Source: the human T2T-CHM13v2.0 reference genome, Homo sapiens
Assembly: GCF_009914755.1 (NCBI RefSeq)
Contig: NC_060947.1
Length of the DNA: 64,000 nt
Reading direction: 5' to 3' (one strand)
The translations under genes and the position numbers were made by a program. The notes under the pieces are model-generated. The model made no database searches, was not told where the DNA came from, and saw nothing but the letters and a program-made list of their open reading frames with translations. This document shows, one piece after another, positions 32,072 to 51,725 of this stretch (within the stretch, counting starts at the first letter, position 1; each line of letters begins with the position of its first letter).

Positions 32072-34400
32072 TTGCTATAAGATGGGGCATCTGTTAAAGA
32101 ATTGTATCTTAGCTCATGAGAGGCTGCCAAGCCACCTGAATTATTCCTTACATCACTCCCCTGAGGCACACAATCCTTATTCACCATGGGCTCTACAATA
32201 AGCAGTTTATTCAATACACATCTACATAAACTGATAGATCACTTACTAAGTACTGGGCACTGGGGTCACACGGTAAATAAGGCCCACTCCCCACCCTGGA
32301 GAAGCTCACTATCCAGGGAAGGAGGTAAACCTGTAAACAAATTCTTACAAAACAGTATGCTTAGAATAGCAGAGAGTAACAGTTTCTGAGGAAGCATGAA
32401 AGAAAAAAAAAAAAAGCCCATAACAAATTGTTTCTGAAACCATAACTAAGATGTTCTGAGTTTATAACAGTCTGTAATAATAAGAGAAACAGATGTATAC
32501 AACTTCGCTGTAGACGATATACACATCTAATTGTTAAAACACCTCTTTGCATCCTTAAATGTTGGAATATTGCTGGAAAACCCAGGCCCTTGACTAAAGA
32601 AAATGACATTCTCCTGTGTTAAAGACAGATGGTTTAGGCCTCTTTAATCCATGCAACCTATCTAAATATATCTTTATTCTCAGTGTCTATGCACACTGCT
32701 GGTTTATGGTCCTTGGTTGGAATGTTAGCCAAGTCATTTTGTGCAAAAAAGAAACTGCGTAGGCTAAAGCTTGGATGAGCTCACTAAAATTACTTTCTAT
32801 TTTGGGTCTCTGAGTGACTGTGGTTTGGGGATCATAAAAGAAGATGGTTTTGTCTTTGGTCACAGCCCGTATAAGTTTTACATACAGAGAAAATCGAGAA
32901 GGTTGTGTAAACAATAGCTGGAGAGATTATTTAAAAAAAAAAGAAGCGTTGTGAGAAAAGTCCATTAAAATTGCTTTTCTCTGTTTTATTGGCCAGCAGG
33001 TAGTAAAATCTTGAATTGATTAAGCCCCACTTAAACAGGATAATATATTGATTATCATTTATCTTAAAATTTGGTTTACATGTCTTGCTTTTGTTATTAG
33101 ATGAATATGGATAAACTAAGAAAATCTACGGAATACTGCTGTTCCAAATATCTCACAGTCAAGAATAATAAAGCTATAGCAATCTACATGTTTAGGTCCA
33201 GTTGCTTTAGTTTTTGTTTGCAGTAATGTGAAACATATTAAATAACTAATAATTAATGTTAATAATTCAGAGTTGACGATCAAATTCACATTATTTCCAT
33301 AAATCTTAGTTAACAGGTTCAAAATAAGGTTTGTCATGATTCATTCTGCAAAACATGAGCATTGCTATGCTAATCTTTCTCTCTTTTCTGTTATTTCTAG
33401 CAAAGGCGCTCATGTCATAAGGAGCTTAGGTAAGATTTAGAGGGGTAACTGAAATCAGTTTGGCATTAGCTCCCACCCACAACATAGAAACTGCTCCTTT
33501 AGAGACACCCAGGTGCTTGCAGCCATTCTGATCCCAAGCTTCTAAAAAACATTCAGTAACAATGAAGAGGCAACAGTGTCTCTGGAAGATACGACAATTC
33601 AGTGACACACATACCCAATTCACATACACGTATATCAAGTTCCTTAAAATCTATCTTTTTCTACTTGTTTTGATTCAGAAATCAAACTCCAACCTTTAGG
33701 AGGTAGTCTCCATCAGACCTGCACTTGGGACCAGTGTGATTATCAGAATTATGTGCATCACCTGAACCCTAAATAAAACCAATTTGTTCTCTGAGCGCAT
33801 TTATTTGAAGGAATAGCTCTGAGAGAGACTGTAAATTGATATATAGCTTTCTGGTCATGTCCTGACATAGTCTTTCTGTTACTTTTCTTCTCTATAGATC
33901 ATATCTATATTTTTATTAACATAAAAATGAGAATGCATACTCAAATAGATCAAATGTAAAAAAAAAAAGTCAATTCCAAATGTTTAACTTCAGAGATACA
34001 GATGCAATTTAGTTTTTAAGTCTTTACTAACACTCAAGAAAATATTAATGTTTCAGGTCTGACTCATTCATTCATTCAACAAATGTTTATTTAATGGCTA
34101 CTAAAGGGTTAAGCATACTTTAGAATCAAAATAACAAACAAAATATACAAAGGTTATTTGGTTAATACAGACAATATTAAAGATAATAAATCCATGAACT
34201 CATGTTCAGGATTATAAAACATTGTTTTACTATAACAATTAAATATTTTGCTAAATAGCTGAACACCTAAAATGAGCTTGAAATTGCCTAGATGGTAGAG
34301 AAGATATTATTCTTATAATATATAAGAAAATATTAGAGAATACAAAATAAAATCACCTAGATCCTTTGGGAGAATGGAAGCTCATTGGGTTTACTATGTA

Positions 34401-34402
<2 letters not shown>

Positions 34403-34438
<36 letters not shown>
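34403..34438. repeat. (TG)n microsatellite
   Basis: Direct read. Confidence 0.95.
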
Positions 34439-34441
<3 letters not shown>

Positions 34442-34925
34442 TAAGTGGTGTCTACATTAGAATTCTTAGTTTAACCCATTTACTTCCCTGTACCTTGCTC
34501 CTGACTGGATGGTTATCGTAATGTTTAGTTCCCCCTCATTTAAGAGTATGTACATAGCCACCAAATGGGAGAAGTGATAAGCTTATGTTGTAATTAAATC
34601 AGAGCAAGGGACATTATAGATAAAAAATTGGGCATAGTAATTCAATCACTGTACAAATCAAGAGAAACTACTGAAACAGAAGATTTGGAGATCCTTAGCT
34701 ATGAATAAATAAATGACTCATACATTTTACTTCACAGAAAAAAAGAAGGGGATATATGAGACACATTGAAAGCAAAAGATTTTAAAATTAAATTTAAACA
34801 ATTTATGTACGTATGAGATAAATATACATTTGGAAAAGGTAAAAACATCACTTTCTGAGGGTTCAAAGGCAAAATAAGACATATCATGGTAGTCAGGAAT
34901 TGTTTTATAGAAGAATTAGGATTCC

Positions 34926-35257
<332 letters not shown>

Positions 35258-36140
35258 TCAAGTAGAATTTTGGGATAGCAGAGAATTCTATCAAATGTAA
35301 TAACATAAGACAAATTATGCACGTGGAAAAGTATAGGGTATATTTAGAGTGAAAAGAGTTGCCCATGTGATGAGAAAAGAATTACAAGGAGGAAGAGTCA
35401 GTATAAATCTGGAAAGATAGACTTGAATAACATATTGTAAAGTACCTTGAATCATAGGGTAAACAGAGTTATTTAAATTTTTTTTTATATATAAAAAGAA
35501 ACATTGAGATGATGGCCAAGTTCTGGTATACAAGACTGCCTCTGTGGTTCTTGGAATTTTTTCAATGGTTTCAGTTTTGTGATGAATAATAAATTTCCTT
35601 ATAATATAAAATTAGATCTAAAAACAGTCAACTGATCTTTACCAAAAGTGAAAATTACAATTCAATGGAGAAAGGATGGCCTTTTCAATGAATGGTGCTG
35701 GTACAAGTGGAAATTCACAAACCCATGCCATAGGAAAAATGAATCTAGATACAGACCTTATACTTTTCACAAAAGTTAGCCCGTAATGATGAAATTTTAA
35801 GGCATGATGTCTAAGAGAAAGTCAGAAATCATTTGCAAAACTCTTACCTACCAGGAAACTGATCAAATATTTACATCTAATGGTTGGGAAAAGCTGAGGC
35901 ACACGTAGGCATGGACTTGCACTTCCTGAGACACCTCATCCAGCTCACTCCAGCAATAACCCAAGCTCTATTAATTCCTCCCTAAAGGAGTTGTTCACAC
36001 ATTGATTGCCCCAACTTGTACAGCTTCCAACTGAGGGACTACATTTCTAACTTCCGAAATCTGGGAAAAAAGAGCTTTAGGTATATACAAGTCTCTTTAG
36101 GACAAAGGGGAAACATGATGTTTTTGTGTGGGCATGAAAG

Positions 36141-36950
36141 TGAAACAGGAAAAGTTCCCTTGTCCCCTTCACAGAAGGAGTGTTGGGGATGTGGCTTGCT
36201 TCTTTGGTGCCCTGCTAATGAAACCTCTAGGAGGAGCATGCAGACCAGCAGGTTGTGGGGCTCTGGCCCCACATTTGCATCTGGGTAAATGCCTATAGGT
36301 CCTGAGGCCCCAGTGTGTATGCGTTACAAGGGTGCTTTTTCAGTTTAGCCATCTATAGGGGGCTTGTGTTAGTCAGCTCAATGAGACACCCTGCCTTATC
36401 GCAAGGACAGAGGGCTTTCTGTATCCCAGGGTTTCTTGCCTTGGTGTATCAGGAGAATCAGAGGACAAGTGGGCTTGGAGAATGAGTGCAAGGTTTTATT
36501 GAGTGGAGGTAGCTCTCAGCAGACGGGGGAGCCAGAAGGGAGATGGAGCGGGAAGGTGCTATTCTTTTGGAATCGGGCTGCTCAGTGGTCCAGTCTCTCC
36601 TCCGTCTGCCCCAGCCAAACTCCATGTCATTCCTCCTATCAATGGCCTGTCGGTGAGCTCTTCCGCAGGTGTCCTCTTGATGTCCAGCCACTGTGTCTTC
36701 TTCCACTGATGTGTTCCTCTCAACTTCCAGCTGCTTGTGTCTCTGCCTGCTAGGGTCTCGGTGTTCTTATAGGCACAGGATGGGGGTGTGGCAGGCCAGG
36801 GTGGTCTTGGGAAATGCAACATTTGGGCAGGAAAATAGAAATGCTTGTCCTCACCTAGGTCTGTGGGCACAGATGTGGTGGTGGAGCCCTAGCCAGGGAC
36901 CAGGCCCTTCCCTTCCCAGCACTTCCCTGCCCTGCCCCCCTTACATATTA
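36141..36950 (-). mobile_element. 3' LTR of class I ERV (HUERS-P-related LTR group)
   Basis: ~810-bp direct repeat of 40639-41460; TG start; polypurine tract (minus strand) adjacent at 36951-36962. Confidence 0.9.
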
Positions 36951-37362
36951 TTTTCTCCCTCTGAAGAGGTATATTTAGCTGCCATTAGAATATGGATGAC
37001 TGGTCTTAGCTACTTCCTGCTGACAGGAGGCACTGTTTTATTGAAATTGGCCCTCCCAGAGGTCTATCTAAGGGTTCCTAGCAAAGGGGAGCCATTGTCT
37101 GAGGCTCCCGTGGTCTGAGAGTTTGGAGTTTGATGGCTTCTAGGTGTCAGAGAAAAACCACGTTTTACAAGGCTAAGTATGCATGGGTTAAACATATGTA
37201 TTATAAAAGGAAATAATCTAGTGCCGAAGGTTACAGAGCTAAGAAGTAAAATATACTAACAATAACATTGTACCCCGAGCTGTTTCAACCCGGTGAAAGA
37301 AAGTAAACCTTGCATGGGAGCAGATAAACTTTTAGAATGAGATAACTGTTCTTGACATGTCT

Positions 37363-39006
<1,644 letters not shown>

Positions 39007-39211
39007 TCTGAAAGACAAGGAATAGAGGCGTCTCTCATTCCCTTCTTTCTTTCAGTGAAAACTCACAGTGTGATGGAGAGAGAAAGCGAGAGTCCTTTCT
39101 TCACTTTCCACCTCTTATCCCTTAGCCCCGGCAACCTTGACAGGTGCTGGCCATAGGTACTAATGCGGTATGTACACATGAAGCAAGGAAAACCTGGAGA
39201 ATAGGAATTAA

Positions 39212-39752
<541 letters not shown>

Positions 39753-40618
39753 TCAAAAGCTATTTTAAAGGCTGTTTATATCTGTTTAGAGTGTCTCAAA
39801 TAAGCCCTGCTGAATTTGCAGTTATCAGCCGGCAGGGGTCGCTCCATCACTAACTTTCCTATCAGAAACAGAGCTGGGGGTGGGGCGGGGGGTGGCTCTC
39901 ACTTAGAAAAGGGAAAAAAGAGAAACATAGTTTAAGGGGCAAAAAGGGGAGATCCTGGGGGAATAATAGCTTGGTTAGTGCAAGTGCGCCTTTCTAATCT
40001 TTATATCTTTCTTCCGATTCAGATCTGATTGGATTCTTTGGCTAGGGGAGAAACGTTCCATTGGTGCTGTGAGAAGCACCCATCCATTATCCCTGTGGGG
40101 TCTCGGCTACTGCTGCAGCTTTCTCCCGCCTCCACCCACCCCCCCCTCCACCCCTCCCCCCTCCACCCCTCCCCCCTTCCTCAGCTGTTGGGTGTGGCCT
40201 TTGCCTGCTGCGGGCAATCCCAGGAACCTCAGCTGGGAGGAAAAAGGATAACAGGAGGTGCCCTGAGTCATGCGTGCCTGTGGCTGTCAAGATGGAGGCA
40301 TGGACCATACCTCTAAGAACAGTTCTTCTGATTTGCATCTTTGGCAGTTGAGCCAAATGCTCATTTTATTTAGTAACATTGCCACAGCCTGTAGCAAAAC
40401 TCTTAACATTATAAAGAAAGCGATAAGAGCCATTTCAAAGTATGTGAGAGAGAAAAGAGCTGAAGTCTGGGGGTTTTGACCCGCTGGGTTAGGGCGGAGT
40501 TTTCGAAACACTGCAAAAGGAAACAGAACCCTTACTGACGGGAAAGAGAGAGAGGTGGCAGGTTTTAGGAAGAGAGGCAGACCTAACAGTTTCACATTCA
40601 CTCACACTCACCTTTGGA

Positions 40619-40636
40619 GATCCTGGCGAGGGCCCA
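40619..40636 (-). other. Degenerate primer-binding site, tRNA-Pro-like
   Basis: Minus strand TGGGCCCTCGCCAGGATC, 2 nt after the 5' LTR, resembles the PBS-Pro TGGGGGCTCGTCCGGGAT. Confidence 0.55.
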
Positions 40637-40638
40637 GT

Positions 40639-41460
40639 TAAAACAGGAAAACTTCCCTTATCCCTCTGGCAGGGCATGTGCATGGAGTGTGGCTCGCCTC
40701 TTGCGTGCCCTGCTCCTCAAACCTCTAGGGGGAGCATGCAGACAGGCAGGTTGTGGGGCCCTGACTCCACTGCAGTGGCTAGGGGTGAATGTTTACAGCT
40801 GAAGCCCCAGTGGGCATGTGTTACAGATGGCTCTCTTAGGTTGGCTTGTGTTAGTCAGCTCAGTTAGACCTTCTGCCTTATTGCAAGGACGGAGGGCTTT
40901 CTGTATCCTGGGGTTCTTGTCTTGGTGTACCAGAAGAATCGCATCACACGTGGGCTTGGAGAATGAGTGCAAGGTTTTACTGAGTGAAAGTAGCTCTCAG
41001 CAGATGAGGGAGCCAGAAGGGAGATGGAGTGAGAAGGCGGTTTTCCCTTGGAGTTGGGTCCTTCAGTGGCCCAGGCTCTTCTCTGACCTCCCCGGCCAAA
41101 CTCCACATCATTCTGCCAGCCAATGGCCTGCCATCCTGCCGGCATCTGTCACTGTGCTCTTCCGTCAGCATGCTCCCCTCGACGTCCTCTTGACATCCAG
41201 CCACTTGTGTGTTCTTCCTCTGATGTGTTTCTCTCGACGTCCAGCCACTTTTGTCTCTGCACACTAGGGCCTCAGGGGATTTTATAGGCACAAGATGGGG
41301 ACAGGGCAGGCCAGGGTGGTCTTGGGAAATGCAATGTTTGGGTAGGAAAACAGAAATGCCTGTCCTCACCTAGGTTCTTGGATACAGGCCCGAGGGTGGA
41401 GCCCTAGCCGGGGACCATGCCCTTCCCTTCCCAGCACTTCCTTGCCCCCTTTCCATATCA
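40639..41460 (-). mobile_element. 5' LTR of the same ERV
   Basis: Ends atatca; imperfect 4-bp TSD aaag (36137-36140) / gaag (41461-41464); TATA-like cctataaaa on the minus strand at ~41280-41288. Confidence 0.9.
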
Positions 41461-41464
41461 GAAG

Positions 41465-44343
41465 TACTTCCAGAGGCTTCTTCCCCCAGGAGCACTGCAG
41501 AGAACGGGCTTTAAAAATGCAGCTCCCTGTTTTACCCCAGAAGATGTTTATGACAGACTCCCAATGACTACTTGAAGGCTGCAGTTTTAACTAACATGCA
41601 TCAGAGAGTTAAAGAGGCATTGGAACATTACCCTGCTGCCAGCCTGATAAGCCGACTAGCACTTCCAAAGATTTCTACCCTAACTTACCCTAGTGATAGT
41701 TCCCAGGTTTATTAAGCTCTCCTGGAAGAAGTTTTTCCAGGCATTGAGCACCCTAACTTTTATCGCTTACACTTGAGGAACTGCATGCTAAACCTCTTAG
41801 CTATAAGAGAAGAAGACACTGGGCATGTGTGTATCTCCTTAGATTACAGAACATAGTGTAATTTTTAAAAAGTAAGCAAGTACTCATAGGGGTTACATCC
41901 CCACCCCCAACTGGAGCAACGCAGAGAATGGCCTTAAAAAGGAAGCTCCCCATATCTCCTCAGAAGGGGTTTATGGCACACTCTTTCAGTGGCTGCTTGA
42001 TGGCCCGCCTTCTAACTAATCAGCATCAGAGACTTTAAAAGGTAATCAAAATATAGTCTTCTGCAGCCTGAGCAGTAACTCAGCACTCTTAAGCTCTTTC
42101 TCTCAGATCAGCGGAGAAATAACTTCTGGCTCACCAATCACTTCTGGAAGGTGTTCGTCCATTCACGGAATATCTCAACTTTTATAGCATCCACCTGAGG
42201 GACAGCATTCCAAACCTCATATCTGGAGAGCAAAAGGGACTAGGCATGTGTGAGCCTCCTTAAATCATAGAAAAAGATGTGGTTTTAAACAGATGCACAA
42301 ACACTTCCAGGAGCCACACATTTTAAGAACAGTGTCGAAAAGAGACTGGGATGAACTGTTCCCATTTTCATTCCAGAAAAGTTTTACTGCATACACTTCC
42401 AGTGGCTACTTGGTAGCCAGGCCTTTAACAGACTTCCATCAGAGAGCTAATGTTGAAGACAAACAGCAGCCCGGAGGCAATCTGAGCAGGAACTTGGCAT
42501 GTCCTTACCCTTTTCCTCCAGCTCATTTGGTGATCAATACAGGTTTACGCATTTTTTACAAAGGAGTTTGCCCATGCACCAAATGCCACAACTTCTATAT
42601 CTCCCATCCAATGAATTGTATCTTTGAAGACCTAACTTTAAGAGCCAATTATTCCTGACTCCTTAAACCACATAAAACAATGAGGTCAACATACAATGGG
42701 TCCACTTCCAGCAGCAATTTTCCAAAATGAAAGGGTCCAGCACAGAAGTGACCACAGATACTTGTCACAGATGCTCTCCCTGGCTAAGTGCAGAGAAAGT
42801 AGGAAAATAATACCCACACTCAGTTTCAACATGAGGATAGAAGGAACTAAAATCTAACACCTCAAGATTTCCAGCTACATCTAGAGCATCTGTTTTCTGC
42901 CTTACTAGTTACAGTGTTCTGAGAGTACATAACATATCTTAATCTTCAAGGGGCCACAGAAATATAGACAGCAGTCTGAACAACCAGAATGATTTGAGAA
43001 GCATCTTAAAATCTCTGGCCAAGTGTATTGGCAAGATTATTCTCCTGTACCAGGATAATCTGAAAAGACTGGGAGAGGTGGCTACTATATTTTTTAGAAG
43101 AAACCAACACACAGAGTCAACAAACATTAAGAGACAGAGAAATATATTCCAAATAAAACAAAAAGATAAATCCACAGAAACCAACCTGAGTAAGTTTGAG
43201 ATATGTGACTTATCTGATGGAAAATTTAAACTAATGAACATAAGGATGCTCAGTGAGGTTAGGGAAGCAGTGCAAAAACAAATTAACACCCTGAACAAAA
43301 AAACAGAGAGTATAAAAAAGCACCAAACAGAAACCATAGATTTGAAGAATATTATAATTGAACTAAAAAATGCAATAAAGATATACAACAGCAGACTAGA
43401 ACAAGCAGAAGAAAGAACTAGTGACCTCAAGGGCAAATCACTGAAGTCATCCAACATGGGGAGTGAAAAGAAAAAAAAAATAAGAGAGAAGATAGCATTT
43501 GGTACACCATCAAGAAGAACAATTTACACATTATCAGCTTGCCTGAAGGAGAAAAGAGATAAAAAAGAACAGAAAATATATTCAAAGAAATAGTGGCAAA
43601 AAACGTCAAACTTGAAGAAGAAGGTAAAAAGCCAAATCCAGGAAGCTAAAAGGAAACCAAGTAAGATGAATGCAAATAGCCCCACACTAAGGCACATTAT
43701 AATCTATTTGTCCAAGTTAAAGACAGAGAGTGTTTATAGTGAGAAAGGAATGGTAAATCATCACATATAAGTGGAAATCTATACAACTATAATGGGTTTC
43801 TCAGCAGAAACCTTGCCAGCCAGGAGATGAATGTTATATTCAAAATCCTGAAAGAAAAATAGCCTGCCAACGAAAAATACTGTGCCCATTGATACTGTAT
43901 TTACAAAATGAAGTAATAAAAATTTTCTGAAACAAATAAAATCTGAAACAGTTTATAGCCACTGGACCTACATTACAAGAACTGCGAAAGATGATAAAGG
44001 AAGTTCTTAAAGCTGAATAAAGAGGACGCTATTTGGTAACATAAAAGCACATGAAAGTATAAAGCTAACTGAAAAACAAAAGTACGTTGTTAAATTTGAG
44101 TACTTTGATACTGTAACATTAGTGGGTAAATTAATTCTATCTCTAATATCATGGTTAAAAGGCAAAACTATTAAATACAACTGAAGCTATAATAATTTGT
44201 TAAGGGATAAAATGTACAAAAAGATGTAATGTATGAAATAAAAAATATAAAATGAGGGTGATGCTGGAATAAAATTGTAGAGTTTATATAAGCAACCGAA
44301 ATTAAAGTTATTAAATCAAAATAGCCCATTATAAGTACAATAC
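41465..44343 (+). mobile_element. Ancient L1M 5' region (tandem ~420-bp units, starting left of the ERV at ~35860), ORF1 relic (~43100-44015) and inter-ORF region
   Basis: ORF 42994-43593 has an ORF1p-like coiled coil (IDLKNIIIELKNAIKIYNSRLEQAEERTSDLK); ttctcagcagaaaccttgc ORF1 motif. Confidence 0.8.
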
Positions 44344-45179
44344 TGTTGTCTCGCCAATGCACCACACTATAGCAGTCTCTCATTGTCTGAGATAATACTC
44401 AGAATTCTTTTTCTTACATTCAAGATGATTAAGGAGCATGGACACAATGGTGAGGTTGGGGCAAAAGTTTAATAAGTGAAAGAAGAAGGCTCTCTGCCAG
44501 TAGAGAGGGGGGCCTGAATGGGTTGCCCTTCATGAGGTTGGGTTCTGGGGATTTTATGGCTTGGGAAGTGGAAGAAAGACGCGTAGTCCATGGGCTGTTT
44601 TGGAGAAAGCATGATTTAGCTTGGTCCAGGACCTTGGCCCAGGACCAATTAGGAGCTGAAGTAATGATTCATAGGGGCTACTCAGCTTGGCCCAGTACCT
44701 ATCAGGAGCTGAAGTGAAAGCTTGGCCCAGGACCAATTAGGAGCTGAAGGGATAATTCATAAAGGCTGGGCTCACAGTCCAAAAAACAAACAAACAAAAA
44801 GGACAAGTGCCTACCAGAACCCACCAGAGCCCACAGTGTTCATGCCCAGAAAAGAAAAATAAATTTGTTCCTGGCGGCTTCCTGATTACACAAAGGACAA
44901 AAGCATTTGTGTGTCAGGCCTTGTTCCCTTACCTGAATGAGCTGGAGGTTTGTGCAAGTTTTTATCTGAGTGGGCTGGAGGTTCTCCTATCTGTGCAGCC
45001 ACAGGCATGTCTCCAGGCACAACACCCTGTGTTACTTCCCTTATCAATGCCACAGCTTGATTTTTTTCCTGGGCTGCTTTTTATGTTATATGGGAAAGAG
45101 GCACTGACTCATGGGTCAGGGGCTCTCCAGAGACCCTTTGCTTGCTGTCTACCTAAGGCAAGCTAGCTAATTTCTCTCA
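44344..45179 (-). mobile_element. ERV1 solo LTR (MER4/MER51-group-like)
   Basis: TG...CA ends; repeated cccaggaccaattaggagctgaag motif; interrupts the L1 inter-ORF region; TSD poorly preserved. Confidence 0.75.
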
Positions 45180-46255
45180 ATGTCTTTTATGTAAACCTCA
45201 GGGTAACCACTATTATAATTATAATTAGATAACTATGATATCATTATCATCTATTATAAGCAAAAGCCTATAATATACACAAATAATTATTAAAATATTC
45301 AAAGTATTATAACTACAGAAAGTCATCAAACCACAAAGGAAGAAAGCAACAGAAGAAGAAAGAAACAGCGTTCAAAAACAAAACCCAGAAAACAATTTTT
45401 AAAATGGCAGAAGAGTATCCTCACCTATGAACAATTACTTCAAATGTAAATGGATTACATTATTCACTCAAACCCAGAGTGCCTGAATGAAAAAAAAAAA
45501 AAAAAAAACACGACCCAACTATATTCTACCTACAAGAGACTCAGTTCACCTTAAAAGACCCATACACTGCAACCAAAGAGATAGAAAATGATATTCCGTG
45601 CAGATGAAAACCAAATGAGATTAGAGATAGTTATAATGATTTTAGGCAAAATAAACCTTAAGTCAAAAATTGTAGCAAGAGATAAATAAGGTATTTTCTA
45701 CTGCAATAAAGTGGTAAATTCATTAAGAAAATACAATTGTAAACATATATGCACCCAACATCATAGAACCTAAATATATAAAACAAACATTAAGATATCT
45801 GAAGAGAGACATAGACTGCAACGCAATAACTTGGATAGGGTACTCCAATACCCTACTTGCAATCATAGACACATCATCCAGACAGAAAATTAATAAAAAT
45901 ACAGTGAATGTGAACTTCACTTTAGACCAAATGAAACTAACAGACATATACAGAACACTTTATCCAACAGCAACAGAATACATATTCTTCTATGTGCATA
46001 GGGATCATTCTCCATGACAGATCATATGTTAGGCCAAAAAGTCTTAACAAATTTAAAATCAAAACCATCTCAAGTATCTTTTCTGACAACAATGGTATGA
46101 AAATAGAAATCACTAACAGAAAAAAAATAAAAAATACACATATGTGGAAATTAAGCAGTATGTTTCTGAACAATTATTGGGACAAAAAAAATGAAATAAA
46201 TAATAAAAAATACCTTGAGGAAAACTAAAATGGAAGCACAACATACCAAAAATAT
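45180..46255 (+). mobile_element. L1M continuation: ORF2 endonuclease relic
   Basis: caattacttcaaatgtaaatgga, ctacaagagactcag, atatatgcacccaaca, ttctgacaacaatgg (EN motifs NVNG, QETH, IYAPN, SDH). Confidence 0.85.
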
Positions 46256-46272
46256 GAAACTCACCTCCTTTG

Positions 46273-46274
<2 letters not shown>

Positions 46275-46316
<42 letters not shown>
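46275..46316. repeat. (CA)n microsatellite
   Basis: Direct read. Confidence 0.95.
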
Positions 46317-46320
<4 letters not shown>

Positions 46321-46539
46321 TGAAAGAAATAGAAAAGACATTATGTGCAAATGGAAAGCAAAGTGAGTAAGAATAGGTATACTGATAGCACATAAGACTG
46401 CTTTCAAGTAAAAAAACAGTACAAACAGACATAAGAAATCTCATTATATAATGATAAAGGGATCAATTTTGCAAGAAAATATGATTATAAACACATATGT
46501 TCCCAACACTGTAGCAGAAGATATGAAAAGCAAATATTA

Positions 46540-46887
<348 letters not shown>

Positions 46888-47335
46888 CAGCAAATATTAT
46901 TAGATCTAAAGGTGGAGGTAGACGCTAAGACAGTAGTAGTTGGGAAGTTTAACACCCTACTCTCAGCATTAATCACATCATCTAGACAGAAAATTAATGT
47001 AGAAATATTGGATTTAAATTGCAAATTAGACTAAATCAATCTAACAAACCTTCACAGAACATTTTATCCACACATTATTTTCATCAGCACATGAAACATT
47101 CTCCAGGATAAAACATATGTTATGACACAAAAAAGTCTCAATAATTTTTTAAACATCAGATTAATAGAAGAGAAACACAAGATCAAAGAATAACTTATTA
47201 AAATAGAGACTAAAAGCACAATATAAAAGATCAATAGAACAAAAAGTTTGTTTTTGAAAGTATATATAAAAAAATCTTCTAGTTAGAATAACAAGAGAAA
47301 AGCTACCTAAATAAACAAAATAATATATAGACAAA

Positions 47336-51271
<3,936 letters not shown>

Positions 51272-51725
51272 TGTATTAGTCAGGGTTATCTAGAGGGAAA
51301 GAACTTTCTCTATATGAGAAAGGCCTCATATATATATATGAGAGTTTATTAAGTATTAACTCACACAATCACAAGGTTTCACAATAGGCTGACGGCAGGC
51401 TGAGGAGCAAGGAGAGCCAGTCTGAGTTTCAATACTGAAGAACTTGGAGTCTGATGTTCAAGGACAGGAAGCATCCAGCATGGAAAAAAGATGTAGGCTG
51501 GGAGGCTAGGCCAATCTCTCTTTTCACATTTTTCTGCCTGCTCATATTCTGGCCACGCTGGCAGCTTATTAGATTGTGCCCACCTAGATTAAGGGTGGAT
51601 CTGCCTTTCCCAGCCCACTGACTTTGACGTTAATCTCCTTTGGCAACACCCTCACAGACACACCCAGGATCTATACTTTGTATCCTTCAATCCAATCAAG
51701 TTGAGACTCAGTATTAACCATCACA
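51272..51725 (-). mobile_element. MLT2A 3' LTR of ERV-L provirus
   Basis: tgtattagtcagggttatctagaggg...gtattaaccatcaca; 5-bp TSD gcacc at 51267-51271 and 56183-56187. Confidence 0.93.

Noticed and set aside
44615-44750. Short spaced direct repeats (CRISPR-like look)
   Set aside because: Internal CCAAT-box repeats of an ERV1 LTR in a mammalian genome; no uniform spacers or cas genes
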